Origin: Candidatus Hydrogenedentota bacterium | Lineage (GTDB): Bacteria; Hydrogenedentota; Hydrogenedentia; Hydrogenedentales; SLHB01 | DNA length: 64,000 nt | Reading direction: 5' to 3' | Assembly (NCBI GenBank): GCA_963668025.2 | Contig: CAXXTH010000022.1 | Location: 1 to 64,000, forward strand | Shown here: positions 39,216-49,491 of the stretch, in pieces | How positions within the stretch are numbered: position 1 is the first letter of the stretch | Layout: every line of letters begins with the position of its first letter | The notes under the pieces: generated by a model | What the model was told of the DNA's origin: nothing | The model's input: only the letters and a program-made list of their open reading frames with translations | Databases searched by the model: none | Translations under genes and position numbers: made by a program

Positions 39216-41780
39216 TTGCGCGTGTACAAACCAATCCTAGCATGTATTACGACCATCATGACCTTCTCCATGACGGAAGCAGCGGCGCAGGCGGTGGATG
39301 CACGGCGGGTGATCGTGGCGACGCAAGTGTTGAACGCCATGCATGAAGCCGCAGGCGTGTATGTACAATGTGTCGATATGGATTGCCGCGCACCGCTGCC
39401 CGCGCCCGTGCGCCTGCCAGGAGCATCTAGTCTTGGCCCTTTAATCCCATTGCCTGATCGCCCCTATGTGTTAGCCTTATCCGGAGCGGCACAGCCATCG
39501 AGTGGAGCCATTTCGCCGGAAGACACGGTGCATATATCAAGCTTTTCCATGACGCCTTTTCTGTTCCAACCTGAATCGCACCTTTTGCCGGATACCGAAT
39601 GGTGGCAAGGAGAAGGTGTTTTCATCCGAGGGCCGGAGGACCGGCAATACTTTGTTTGGTTAGGATTTCGGACAGACTCATATGACCGATGGCGGGGGCG
39701 CATCCAGGTGCGTGGCATGGAAAACGCACCCAACTTGCATTTTACCTCACCTGCCATTACATGGCCCATGCCCGGCGCTCCCGTCCATGCCGCAGCGCTT
39801 CCGCGCCCGGGCGCTATAGCGGTATTATGCCGGGAGCCGGAAACATCCAGCTTGCTTGTACATGCCCTTGACGCAGCCTCTGGGGCCGTATTGCTTCCCG
39901 CCTGGACGCCTGAAGCCGGCATGGGCATGCTCGAGCCCGGCGACATCGCCACCAGCGCGGATGGCCGCTATCTCTATATACTGGCTTGCGCCATGCCGGA
40001 CGAAACGTGGGCGTCTTGGCTATATGTGCTGGATGCCTGCAATTTCGCACCCATAGGCGAACCGGTGCGCATGGAAGGACGCACGCAATCAGAAGGGCGC
40101 GCACTGGTTCCCGCCGCTGATGGTTCATGCTGGGTGGCGACCGCTGCGCCTGGCGCGGGCGGCGCGTACGCGAGCCGGGTGGAGGTCTCGGATGAAACCG
40201 TGCAGAAAACGGCTGAATACCCTCTGCTGGATGTAGCCCATCCTATTTGGATTGCGGTTGAGCCAGGGGGGTCCGGCGTGGCCGTGGCCGTGGATCAGCG
40301 GCTCGAAGCATGGCCAGGCGGCGTGCCAAGCACCGTGCAGTATGAATATGCTGCTCCTATTCGCACACTCACATGGACGCATGAAGGGCTTTTCGTAGGC
40401 GAAGCAGGCCGCATCCATCTGGCCGATGGTTTAACGGCAGCGCCGCTCGTGACGGTGCAGCTCCAGACGGGCCATGTGTCAGCTATTTTGCCCGTGCCGC
40501 CCGAAGCGATCGCTCCATCGGGTATGGATGCTCCTATGACATCCACGGAAAACGCCGCTCCCAAACCATTGGGCGCTTCGATTCCGTTAAACCTCCCTCC
40601 CGTGCTCACCTTCCGCGGCGAAGCCGCGGGGCGGGAACGCCGGGAAATACCCCTGGACTGGCCAGCGGATGCGCCCCCTCTCGCATGGAATGCCCGTTAT
40701 GATGAGGCTTCCATGCCATGGCTGCGGATCGAACCACGCACAGGTGCGCTGCCTGGAAAGTTCCAAGTGGAGATTGACCCGCTTCGATATAACGCTCGAT
40801 ACGAGACGCTTCAGGGGATATTGAGCATCGATACGATTCCGCTGGATACTAGCGAATATGGCGCCATACACACGGCGCCGATACTCGTACGCCTCTTGCC
40901 TCCTCGGGGCCAGATTCAACAAGTGCTTTGGGCGATTGGCGCGCCCGAACCCGGCCGTAAAAAACTGGACGCTTTGGCGGGATTTCTAGCTGGGCCGCCT
41001 CTGTATTTCAGCCAATCCACCCAAGCCATGCCAGGTGCGCTTGATCTTGCGGCAGCTTCTGTGTTGGTTCTTGATGCCGCAGCGGCCTCCCGAGGCGCGT
41101 TGACGCGCGCGGCTCTGCTCGATTATGTGGCGGGGGGCGGAGCGCTTCTATTTCTGGGCGGCCCCCTCGAATCCGCCACCTCACGTTCGATTGGCGGATG
41201 GCTCAGCGCCATGGGAATTCAATTGGACACGAGCGTGAGTGTTTCTGGCCAATTCACGACAGATAAAATCCAAGGCCTTGCAGGCGGTTGGAAAGATTTT
41301 TTGATTGACGGCGGGTGCGGCATTCGATTAGCGGATGGCGTAGATGCGGACGCTTTTGTTCCAAAAGGGGGTGAAAATCCGCGTGACGCCATATTTGTGG
41401 CGCTTGCCTATGGGCGGGGCCGCGTGGCCATATTGGCGTCTCCCTCACCGCTCTGCGAGGAAGCTCTTAAAGACGAACCGCATCTGCGGTTCGCTGGCAG
41501 CTTATTCCGATGGCTCGCGGAAGCCCGGGACTCCGTATATGACCTCGATGATGACGGCCTGACGGATACGCGGGAAGACCGTAATGGAAACGGTGTTTTT
41601 GATCCCGGTGAGACCGATCTGCGCTGCTTTGATTCGGATGGGGATGGCATCGCCGATGGCATGGAGGATCGCAATCGGAACGGCCAAGTGGACGAAGGTG
41701 AAACGGATCCTCTGAATGCTGATTCAGACGGCGATGGCGTACAGGATGGTGCGGACGATACGCCGGTGTGCGTCCGATAG
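39216..41780 (+). CDS. Large secreted hypothetical protein: beta-propeller-like, BACON/GATase-like domains and C-terminal Ca-binding DxDGDG repeats
   Basis: Signal-like N-terminus; DYVAGGGALL; DLDDDGLTD..EDRNGNG..DPGETD / DSDGDGIADG.EDRNRNG..DEGETD repeats. Confidence 0.7.
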   Translation: MRVYKPILACITTIMTFSMTEAAAQAVDARRVIVATQVLNAMHEAAGVYVQCVDMDCRAPLPAPVRLPGASSLGPLIPLPDRPYVLALSGAAQPSSGAISPEDTVHISSFSMTPFLFQPESHLLPDTEWWQGEGVFIRGPEDRQYFVWLGFRTDSYDRWRGRIQVRGMENAPNLHFTSPAITWPMPGAPVHAAALPRPGAIAVLCREPETSSLLVHALDAASGAVLLPAWTPEAGMGMLEPGDIATSADGRYLYILACAMPDETWASWLYVLDACNFAPIGEPVRMEGRTQSEGRALVPAADGSCWVATAAPGAGGAYASRVEVSDETVQKTAEYPLLDVAHPIWIAVEPGGSGVAVAVDQRLEAWPGGVPSTVQYEYAAPIRTLTWTHEGLFVGEAGRIHLADGLTAAPLVTVQLQTGHVSAILPVPPEAIAPSGMDAPMTSTENAAPKPLGASIPLNLPPVLTFRGEAAGRERREIPLDWPADAPPLAWNARYDEASMPWLRIEPRTGALPGKFQVEIDPLRYNARYETLQGILSIDTIPLDTSEYGAIHTAPILVRLLPPRGQIQQVLWAIGAPEPGRKKLDALAGFLAGPPLYFSQSTQAMPGALDLAAASVLVLDAAAASRGALTRAALLDYVAGGGALLFLGGPLESATSRSIGGWLSAMGIQLDTSVSVSGQFTTDKIQGLAGGWKDFLIDGGCGIRLADGVDADAFVPKGGENPRDAIFVALAYGRGRVAILASPSPLCEEALKDEPHLRFAGSLFRWLAEARDSVYDLDDDGLTDTREDRNGNGVFDPGETDLRCFDSDGDGIADGMEDRNRNGQVDEGETDPLNADSDGDGVQDGADDTPVCVR

Positions 41781-41881
41781 GGATTCCCAATCCATCTGGA
41801 GCGCACCCCGCGCCAGCAACATGCCGAGCTGGGGCTTGGTGATGGTGGTCAAATAGCGTATATCTTCTTTGGCCAATTCCT

Positions 41882-42979
41882 TTACCACCTTTCCAGACGC
41901 TTAATGATCTCCGGTTGTATTTCCGAATCCGCAGCCAAGCATAGATACAATCCTCGGGGATTCATGTTTGCGATGAACTCCTCTAGCTCATTAAGCTTCA
42001 AATCGATAATCACCGACTTGCCGGCCGCTTGAATTTTCCTAATCAGGGGCAGCCATTGCATGATTGGTTCATCCTCGCCAACCCCTTGCACCCATTGGAT
42101 GGCATTGATCTCGGGGATCGACAGAATGGAGTCCAAGTGCTGGGCGACCCCCTTGCCATCCAGATGGAAGACGTTATGGGTCATGGCTTTAACTTCTCGC
42201 TGGAGACTCGGCAAATAGAAATCATTAAACATTTCCTGGGAAATCATCGTTGCGAAATCACAGCTTGGGATATGCATCTTTCCAAAGGAAGGAACACCCA
42301 ACCAGGTAACGGAGATCTGCCCATGTTTTTTTAGAAGGGCATCGAAATAATCAAAGGTGTATAGAAAATTCCGGTCGGCAATTTGGACCATCTGATGTAT
42401 CTTCTCCGGATTCATCACCATTTCCATACATAGCTCCTGCCGGTTGAGCCAGTCGGCAGCACAGTCCAAACTCCCATGCAAATCCGTATAACCGACCATA
42501 AATCGCCCAGGGCATTTCTCCAAAGCAATGCAGGTCAGTTCTTCAATCTTTCGAAAATACTCATTTTGGGGATCAAACCTAAGTAGAGTTAAGTCATCCC
42601 AATCGTGAATGAGCGGTTCGCACCATGACGTAACCTCGCCGAAGATCAACTGGCTCCCATGGAATGCCGCATACACTCCCGGCCCAAGATTGGGCGAAAA
42701 GACAGGAAAGGTCTCTCCATGGAATTGCCTGCCAGCAATCATCTCAAGAAACAGATCGACTTGGTATTCGGCATCGAACCAACGTTCTTTCAGGCTCCCC
42801 CAGGACCGGCCCGCTTCGGCCTGGACCTGATAGAAGCTTGAATTATGTTCCGAGAAACGGACGGGGGGGCGGTCAATCATTTCACCTTCATACCAAGCAT
42901 TGACCCGCTGCATCGCCATGTCAAAGTCCGGCTTGCATTCCAATTCCATCGAGTGCGACTGCTCCGGTAAAACAGACAT
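41882..42979 (-). CDS. URO-D/corrinoid methyltransferase-like family protein
   Basis: IDRPPV, PNLGPG, GYTDLH, SCDF, FHLDGKG, IQWVQG; GGAGG RBS. Confidence 0.8.
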   Translation of the reverse strand: MSVLPEQSHSMELECKPDFDMAMQRVNAWYEGEMIDRPPVRFSEHNSSFYQVQAEAGRSWGSLKERWFDAEYQVDLFLEMIAGRQFHGETFPVFSPNLGPGVYAAFHGSQLIFGEVTSWCEPLIHDWDDLTLLRFDPQNEYFRKIEELTCIALEKCPGRFMVGYTDLHGSLDCAADWLNRQELCMEMVMNPEKIHQMVQIADRNFLYTFDYFDALLKKHGQISVTWLGVPSFGKMHIPSCDFATMISQEMFNDFYLPSLQREVKAMTHNVFHLDGKGVAQHLDSILSIPEINAIQWVQGVGEDEPIMQWLPLIRKIQAAGKSVIIDLKLNELEEFIANMNPRGLYLCLAADSEIQPEIIKRLERW

Positions 42980-43128
42980 TTTGCGCCTCCATAATCCCCA
43001 TATTGATATTCCTGCACGCTATCAAGCATCGGCGGCAAACGATGGTTTTGCCAACGCACCTAATGCTGGCTTTGGCTGGTTCTTGTCTTGGTTCCCGATT
43101 TGTCTGACGTTCAAATAACGGCAAGGAA

Positions 43129-46100
43129 TCAAGGTACATCCACGGTCGAATGGGTCATGTTGAGTTTCCCCATCCCACCTTTGAAGTCCTGAGTCACAAC
43201 TGTAAAAGTCGACTCATCTACATTGGTTGTGGAGCCCACACTAGGATGATACAGATACTGGTGCTTCCCTCCGCCCATCGACATCATAAAATGGCAGTTC
43301 TGGATATTAACCGTGCTGCCGGTATCGGGTGATGGGGCATTGCAAACTGAAAAGCGGCCGGGTTCATCGTCGGCCATATCGTAGAAGTCGCAATTCACAA
43401 TCGTAACCGTACTCTTGTTATTGGCAAACAGGCCCCCACCCAGCCACTTGTTACGCCCTGTGGCATCGGCTCCGGTAAACCGGCAATGCTCGATGCGCAG
43501 TTTTCCTGCAATGGGCAAGTTGGAGGCGTTGATGCAATAAATGCCCGGCTGTTTGGTGCGCAACGTAATCTGGCCACCAGCATTGGAGCCAATCCGCACA
43601 TCGCTCACGGCGGGGACGATGCCGCCAGCCATGTTGGCCACATCAAAATGGATCTGGGGATTGTGGCCGGCTTTCGCGCATATAGTCATCCCGTGTTTCC
43701 ACTGATTCGCGATCATCGCCGTTTCGGTATAAACCAGACTGTCCTGGATTTCGATAGTATCGCCAGACGAGGCCTCGGCGATCGCCTTGCTCAAGACGCC
43801 CGCGCCACCACCACTCACTTTGATCGGCACACTCTGGCTCTCAAAAAGCGGTACGGAATCTAGGTAGAGACGCTCTGGAGATGGTAAGGCGTTGGGATAG
43901 CTAGGCACATTTGAATCGATATTTTTGTACGCCCAAGCCCAGCATGAAACCGCCGCGATGCTGGCATCGCCTTTTAGCTCCAGGTGAATGTCATTAGCGC
44001 CCATTCCCAGTTTGCCTACTAGGAAAGTCCAATATTCCGGGACGGGCAATCCCGTGGATGTCCACTGCTTATCTGAACGAATCTCAGCCAGCGATACCTC
44101 CTGGCCGTTGACCAGCAATTTTGCCTGGCCCGCTTGAGGAGTCCCGGAGTTGCCCTCAAGCAGGATAAGGAGTTCGGTTTGAGGGAGCTTGGTTTTGACC
44201 TGGCCGGCCAGCGTGAGTGACATTGAGGTTGGCTGATCTCCCCCCTGTGCCCGTTGGAAATCAACGTTCATCTTGCCTTGCTTGAGATTGTTCCCGAACG
44301 ATTTCTTGGCTGAAACCACACCTTCGAGGTCCTGTTGGGAACTAAGGGACAGGACAAGCGTTTCGTAGGGGGCCAAGGGCACTTCGAGCACGTCCCGCGC
44401 CTTGAGCTGCTTTCCGTAAAGGCGCACCTCGGGGTACAGGCTGACCGCCGAGAGGCCCTTCAGTCCAACGGGCACGCCCACCTGTTTCGCCAGATCCAGC
44501 CGCATGGTTTGCTTTTTGAGCCATGGATTACGCAAAAGAATCAAGCCATGATTTCCGGACCAATGAATGTAACCATAGGGCTGGCGCGGCATGTCCGGTT
44601 CGCCGGTGAATTTTGGCGCGCCTCCGTCTTGCCATGCCTCGGGCAAGAGCGGAGCCGTATGAAGAAGCATGGGCTCATTAGCCCGCGTCCATTTCATCAG
44701 CGCGGCGAGTTCGCCCCAGCGCCGGGCATTCATAAACTTTGGATTGACATAGAGCGACACAAAGGAATGGCCGCGCAGGATCACATCGACCGCATCGTTA
44801 AGGAAAGGCTCGTCGGTCTGATGCACCACGCCCAGCACCTCTTGGGCGTTGATGGGTAACCGAAGGTATGACGCCCCTTGCAGGTTGTAGAAATCGCGAG
44901 CCGATGTGTAGGATTCGCGGAAGATGGGCGCCGGCACGCGCCCCCAGGGATAATCGTCCCCGCGCGGGCCAAGCACGCAGTTGATATGAAACAACCACCA
45001 GGGGCTAACGTTGTTGCCGAAACAAATCTCAATCAACACATCCGGCGCCGCGGTCCGCAAATCCTTGATAATATCTAGCAGGCTTTGGACCATGGCATCC
45101 GAAGCCAGCTCACCTGGCTGATGTCCGTGATCGGTCGCGGTGCATTGAAGCAGGCAGCCATCGAATTTGATCTGGCGCACGCCGCCCTTCACCATCGAAA
45201 GGACACTGTCACGGAATAGTGAGGAATACTTCTTACCCGCCAGGCAGCACAAACGCGCGCCATTCTGCATCCACGTCTCATATCCGTTGGCCTGGGCCCA
45301 ATTTTGATCCAGGGCGTTCGAATAGCATCCAGATGGCGATATCCAGATCCCCTGGTGCGCGTTCATCTGCTGGGCTGCATTCTCAATATTGGCGAAGCCC
45401 TGTGGAAAACTGACGGGATTGATTCGCCAGATGCTTTTGGCGAGAGTCCAGCCGTCATCAAACGTGTATGACTGCGGAGAAACGCCGTAGGGCAGATGCA
45501 GGTTGGTCTTATATGCCTGGATAAGGGAAAGCGCATCCGCCTCATTATATGGGTACGGAGTCGTCCACCAGCTATTAAAGCTGAAATGCAGCTCCGTGGG
45601 CTGGGGCCGGTGCTTGGCGATATAGGCATCAAAGGTTTCGCGCTCGTTCCCCACGATGGCGGCTCCATAGATGGCTCGATGGCTTTGATGCCAAGCCGAA
45701 TCGCCTTGCATCGCCCGGCCGGACTTGTAGGCCAGCAGCAAGCGATTGTTCTCCAGCCGCGTGTAGGCGACGGGAAATTCAATCCCGGCGAAGAATCCCT
45801 TGAAGAAGCCCGGATAGCTCTGCGGGATCTCCGTAAGCAGGAGATCGATTGGTTGATCCGCAACCCGGTCCAACAACTCAAGCTGAATCTCCTTCAGCAC
45901 ACATCCGCTCGGGGCCTCGTGCAGGCGATACTCCGCCCACTTGCGCAGAATCCCCTCGCCCGCATTCCAGCTCAGGTGCACTTTGACTTCCAGCTTCGCC
46001 GCGCCGCTAAGCGGAAGCGGGGCATATGTGGCGATGAATTCCTCACCGGCGGCCAAGTCGCCACTCACCTGCATCGGCGCTTGCAAACCACCGACATTAC

Positions 46101-46317
46101 CGGTATCAAAGACAAATACCGGGCATTTGAGCGAGACGGGAAGACGCAAACCGTCATTGATCATGACAACCTGCTCCGTGGTCTGCTGAAAGGAAACCTC
46201 GGGGGACGAGGCCGCCCAGAGCAACATTTGGGGCATCAGCAAAAACACCAGTACGATCAAGCTACTTATGTTATACGGACTGAAACACTTGAACATGCTT
46301 ATCATCCCAAACTCCAT
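43129..46317 (-). CDS. Secreted GH36/GH27-like glycosidase with C-terminal beta-helix (pectin-lyase-like) domain
   Basis: FNSW, FDDGW, SFPQGF, GIWISP, IKFDG; C-terminal 'AIAEASSGDTIEI' beta-helix start. Confidence 0.75.
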   Translation of the reverse strand: MEFGMISMFKCFSPYNISSLIVLVFLLMPQMLLWAASSPEVSFQQTTEQVVMINDGLRLPVSLKCPVFVFDTGNVGGLQAPMQVSGDLAAGEEFIATYAPLPLSGAAKLEVKVHLSWNAGEGILRKWAEYRLHEAPSGCVLKEIQLELLDRVADQPIDLLLTEIPQSYPGFFKGFFAGIEFPVAYTRLENNRLLLAYKSGRAMQGDSAWHQSHRAIYGAAIVGNERETFDAYIAKHRPQPTELHFSFNSWWTTPYPYNEADALSLIQAYKTNLHLPYGVSPQSYTFDDGWTLAKSIWRINPVSFPQGFANIENAAQQMNAHQGIWISPSGCYSNALDQNWAQANGYETWMQNGARLCCLAGKKYSSLFRDSVLSMVKGGVRQIKFDGCLLQCTATDHGHQPGELASDAMVQSLLDIIKDLRTAAPDVLIEICFGNNVSPWWLFHINCVLGPRGDDYPWGRVPAPIFRESYTSARDFYNLQGASYLRLPINAQEVLGVVHQTDEPFLNDAVDVILRGHSFVSLYVNPKFMNARRWGELAALMKWTRANEPMLLHTAPLLPEAWQDGGAPKFTGEPDMPRQPYGYIHWSGNHGLILLRNPWLKKQTMRLDLAKQVGVPVGLKGLSAVSLYPEVRLYGKQLKARDVLEVPLAPYETLVLSLSSQQDLEGVVSAKKSFGNNLKQGKMNVDFQRAQGGDQPTSMSLTLAGQVKTKLPQTELLILLEGNSGTPQAGQAKLLVNGQEVSLAEIRSDKQWTSTGLPVPEYWTFLVGKLGMGANDIHLELKGDASIAAVSCWAWAYKNIDSNVPSYPNALPSPERLYLDSVPLFESQSVPIKVSGGGAGVLSKAIAEASSGDTIEIQDSLVYTETAMIANQWKHGMTICAKAGHNPQIHFDVANMAGGIVPAVSDVRIGSNAGGQITLRTKQPGIYCINASNLPIAGKLRIEHCRFTGADATGRNKWLGGGLFANNKSTVTIVNCDFYDMADDEPGRFSVCNAPSPDTGSTVNIQNCHFMMSMGGGKHQYLYHPSVGSTTNVDESTFTVVTQDFKGGMGKLNMTHSTVDVP

Positions 46318-46371
46318 TCATTCATAATCTTCCACGGCTGGATAAACCCGATATGGTAGAATCACGGATTC

Positions 46372-49300
46372 CTACTGATCATCGCGGAGCAGTTTGGCGT
46401 CGCCAAAGTCCGCGCAATCCCACTCGTTCCCATTGCCGCCGTCCCCAACCAACAGTTCCAGCGTCTTGGCCCCGGTTACGTCAATGTCCACCAGGCGAGC
46501 CGCATCGAACCCCGTCATTAGGCCCGATTCCCAACGGATAACGCCATCCACTTTAATCGTAAAGCAAATTAATCCACGAACCTTGTAGGCATCGTCATCG
46601 AGGCCAACCCAGGTCTGGAAACGTTTGTATCCTTGGCCGGCGATATCGTAAACGATCTGGCCATTGGCGTACGCGCCCACGCCCCGGGCAAAGTATCTGC
46701 TCTTGATATACATCGGCTTCTGAATGACATTTAGATTAAACTGCAGCGGGCGGTCTTGCGTGAGAGAAGCAGGTTTGATCGTGTCCAGATAGACGCCGTT
46801 GATTCGCTCGATGGGACGCGTGCATTCTTGAACAGGTGTATTCGGGGTGATGGTTTGACTATCCAACAATGCCACGGAATCCAGATAGAGCTGCTCGGGC
46901 GCTGGAAGCGCGTTGAGATATTGCACGGAAACCTCGCTTGGGTTTCTGGATGCCCAAGCCCAGCAGGAAGCCGCCGTGAGTTCGGCATCACTAAGCAGAT
47001 TAAGGCGGATTGCGTTTTTACCGGCGGCAAGGGGGGCCTTCAGTATCGTCCAATACTCGGGCAGAGGTAGCAAAGAGGATTTCCAGATCGCCCCGGAGTG
47101 GCTTGCACTCAAAGCCACCTCGCGCCCATTTACCTCCAGCTTCGCTTGGGCGACAATGGGCGATTGCGTTTTGCCTTCCAGGATAATCAATAATTCTGAT
47201 GGCGTCTTTCTCGTGATCACCCGGCCCTCGACCGATAATGCGGCCGCTTCGTTCCGTGCGCCCAAGGGCGCCGTCCAATCAAGCCCCGCGGCCGATTGTT
47301 CATAGGCATCAAAGCTCACGCGTGAGAGCCTGGCTTGAATATTCTTCGTCTTCAGTTCCCGCCCCACGACCTTTGCTGCAGGCTTGAGCCCGGCCAAATC
47401 CTGTCCGGCGGCCAGGGACAATAGGAGGGTTTCATAAGGCGCCAAGGTCACTTCCAAAACGCTTTGGCTGGTCAGACCTTTGCCATAGAGGCGCACTTCT
47501 GGATACAGACTGACTGCTGAGAGCTTAGGCAAACCCGCCGGAGCCTTGGCATCCTCCGCCAGATTCAGCCGGACAGTTTGTTTTTTGATCCAGGGATTAC
47601 GCAGCAGGATCAGTCCACGTTCGTTCTTCCAATGACTATACCCATAGGGTTCACGCGGCATGCGTCCTTCGCCGGTAAAATGCGGGACGGCCCCATCACG
47701 CCATGAGGGCGGTAGTAATGGCGCGGTCTCGGCTAGAATGCTTTCATTCGCCCGGGCCCACTTCATCAGCGCGGCGAGTTGCCCCCAGCGCTGGTCATTC
47801 ATGTATTTCGGATTCACATAGAATGGAATAAATGCATGGCCGCGCAAGATGACGGTCACGGCATCATTGAGGAACGGCTCATCGGTCTGATGCAAAACCC
47901 CCAGCACGCCTTGAGCGACGATCGGCGTAGTCAAGAGCGCCGCGCCTTGCATGCTATAGAAATCACGGGCCGTGGTATAGGATTCACGCAAATTGGGCGA
48001 AGGCACACGGCCGCACGGAGAATCATCGCCATAGCTGCCGGTTATGGAATTGACATAAAACAGCCACCAGGGGCTGGAATTCGCGCTAAAACATCCCGCG
48101 GCTTCCAGCCACGCATCGGGCGCAGCGGCGTGGGCGGCCTCGAAGGCGCGGATGCCCCCTTCGGCCATGGCTTCTGCAGATAATTCATCCGGCTGATGGC
48201 CGTGGTCGGTTTCAGGACATTGCAGTGAATAGCCATCGATCTTGAAGTGCCGCACACCCGAGTCGGTGGCCATGGACACCATGACCTTCTTAAATTCCTC
48301 GCCATATTTTGGGCCCCCCAGGCAGCATTGGCGCAGCCAGCTCCCCTTGATCCAGGTCTCGTAGCCGTGCTCCTTGGCCCACTCCCCGTCAAGGGCGTCA
48401 ATATAGGTGGACGTCGGCGAGATCCATAGGCCCAGATGTGAATTCATCCGTTCGGCGGATGCCTGGATATTATCGAAACCTTGAGGAAACAGCTTGTGAT
48501 CGATTCCCCAGATGCTTTGGCGGTTGGACCAGCCCATATCGATACAGAATGAATCGAAAGATACGCCGAATGGTTTGTACAACTTGTCGTTAAAGTCCTG
48601 CATGATGGCCAGGATGTCTTTTTCGGTGTACGGCATTGGCGAAGTCCACCAATTGCAATAATTGAAGTGCATTCCTTTGGGTTCGGGACGATGCCTGGCA
48701 ATATAGATGCAGAAGGCTTCATGCTCATGGCCAGCGCTCGCGCTCCCATAGACCGCTTTGCGGCTTTGCCGCCAATCGGTATCACCCTGCAACAACAGAC
48801 CGGGCTTGTGCGCCAACAACAATTCGTTGCCCTCCAAGCGCGAGGACGACACTGGGAATTCCACACCGGCGAAGAATCCCTTGAAAAAACCGGGGAAACT
48901 TTGTGGCGCCTGTTGCAGAATGCTGATCGGCTGATCCGCGATCGGAGCGAGTTGATCAAGCTGAATCTCCTGCAAGACACAGCCCGCCGGAGCAGCATGA
49001 AGACGATACTCCACCCATTTGCGTAGAACACCTTCCTGTGCGTTCCAGGCCAGATGCGCTTTAACATCGAGTGTGGCCGTTTCACCGAGCGGAAGCGGCG
49101 CATACGTGGCGACCACTTCCTGGCTGGCTTCCAGATTCCCGCTGGCCTGAACCGGCAACTGCGAACCGCCCACCGACCCAATATTGAAGATAAACAACGG
49201 ACATTGAAGTGAGGCGGGAAAGCGTAGATCGCCATTGACAATTTCAACTCTGTCCTCGAACTGGCGCACAGAAACCGCCGGGAGCTGTGCAGCCTGAACC

Positions 49301-49380
49301 TCCATGCCTGATGCAGACATGACCATCAGACAGACATAACACCAGTTTACAACCAACACACTTGCCATTAGGCGTCCCAT
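46372..49380 (-). CDS. Secreted GH36/GH27-like glycosidase with C-terminal NPCBM/NEW2 domain (paralog of the neighbouring gene)
   Basis: AAGGAG RBS before ATG 49380; IDMGW, FPQGF, GLWISP, FKIDG; C-terminal RGVGAYA...VGLDD...DGGNGNEWDCADFGDAKL. Confidence 0.8.
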   Translation of the reverse strand: MGRLMASVLVVNWCYVCLMVMSASGMEVQAAQLPAVSVRQFEDRVEIVNGDLRFPASLQCPLFIFNIGSVGGSQLPVQASGNLEASQEVVATYAPLPLGETATLDVKAHLAWNAQEGVLRKWVEYRLHAAPAGCVLQEIQLDQLAPIADQPISILQQAPQSFPGFFKGFFAGVEFPVSSSRLEGNELLLAHKPGLLLQGDTDWRQSRKAVYGSASAGHEHEAFCIYIARHRPEPKGMHFNYCNWWTSPMPYTEKDILAIMQDFNDKLYKPFGVSFDSFCIDMGWSNRQSIWGIDHKLFPQGFDNIQASAERMNSHLGLWISPTSTYIDALDGEWAKEHGYETWIKGSWLRQCCLGGPKYGEEFKKVMVSMATDSGVRHFKIDGYSLQCPETDHGHQPDELSAEAMAEGGIRAFEAAHAAAPDAWLEAAGCFSANSSPWWLFYVNSITGSYGDDSPCGRVPSPNLRESYTTARDFYSMQGAALLTTPIVAQGVLGVLHQTDEPFLNDAVTVILRGHAFIPFYVNPKYMNDQRWGQLAALMKWARANESILAETAPLLPPSWRDGAVPHFTGEGRMPREPYGYSHWKNERGLILLRNPWIKKQTVRLNLAEDAKAPAGLPKLSAVSLYPEVRLYGKGLTSQSVLEVTLAPYETLLLSLAAGQDLAGLKPAAKVVGRELKTKNIQARLSRVSFDAYEQSAAGLDWTAPLGARNEAAALSVEGRVITRKTPSELLIILEGKTQSPIVAQAKLEVNGREVALSASHSGAIWKSSLLPLPEYWTILKAPLAAGKNAIRLNLLSDAELTAASCWAWASRNPSEVSVQYLNALPAPEQLYLDSVALLDSQTITPNTPVQECTRPIERINGVYLDTIKPASLTQDRPLQFNLNVIQKPMYIKSRYFARGVGAYANGQIVYDIAGQGYKRFQTWVGLDDDAYKVRGLICFTIKVDGVIRWESGLMTGFDAARLVDIDVTGAKTLELLVGDGGNGNEWDCADFGDAKLLRDDQ

Positions 49381-49491
49381 GTCTTTGTCTCCTTTTATCA
49401 GGTTTAGATTTGTTCGCCAATCCAAGCCAATGGCTGCAAATGCAGTAAATCAATGCATAACATCTCAATAGGACATGCAAGGCCAACCGTC

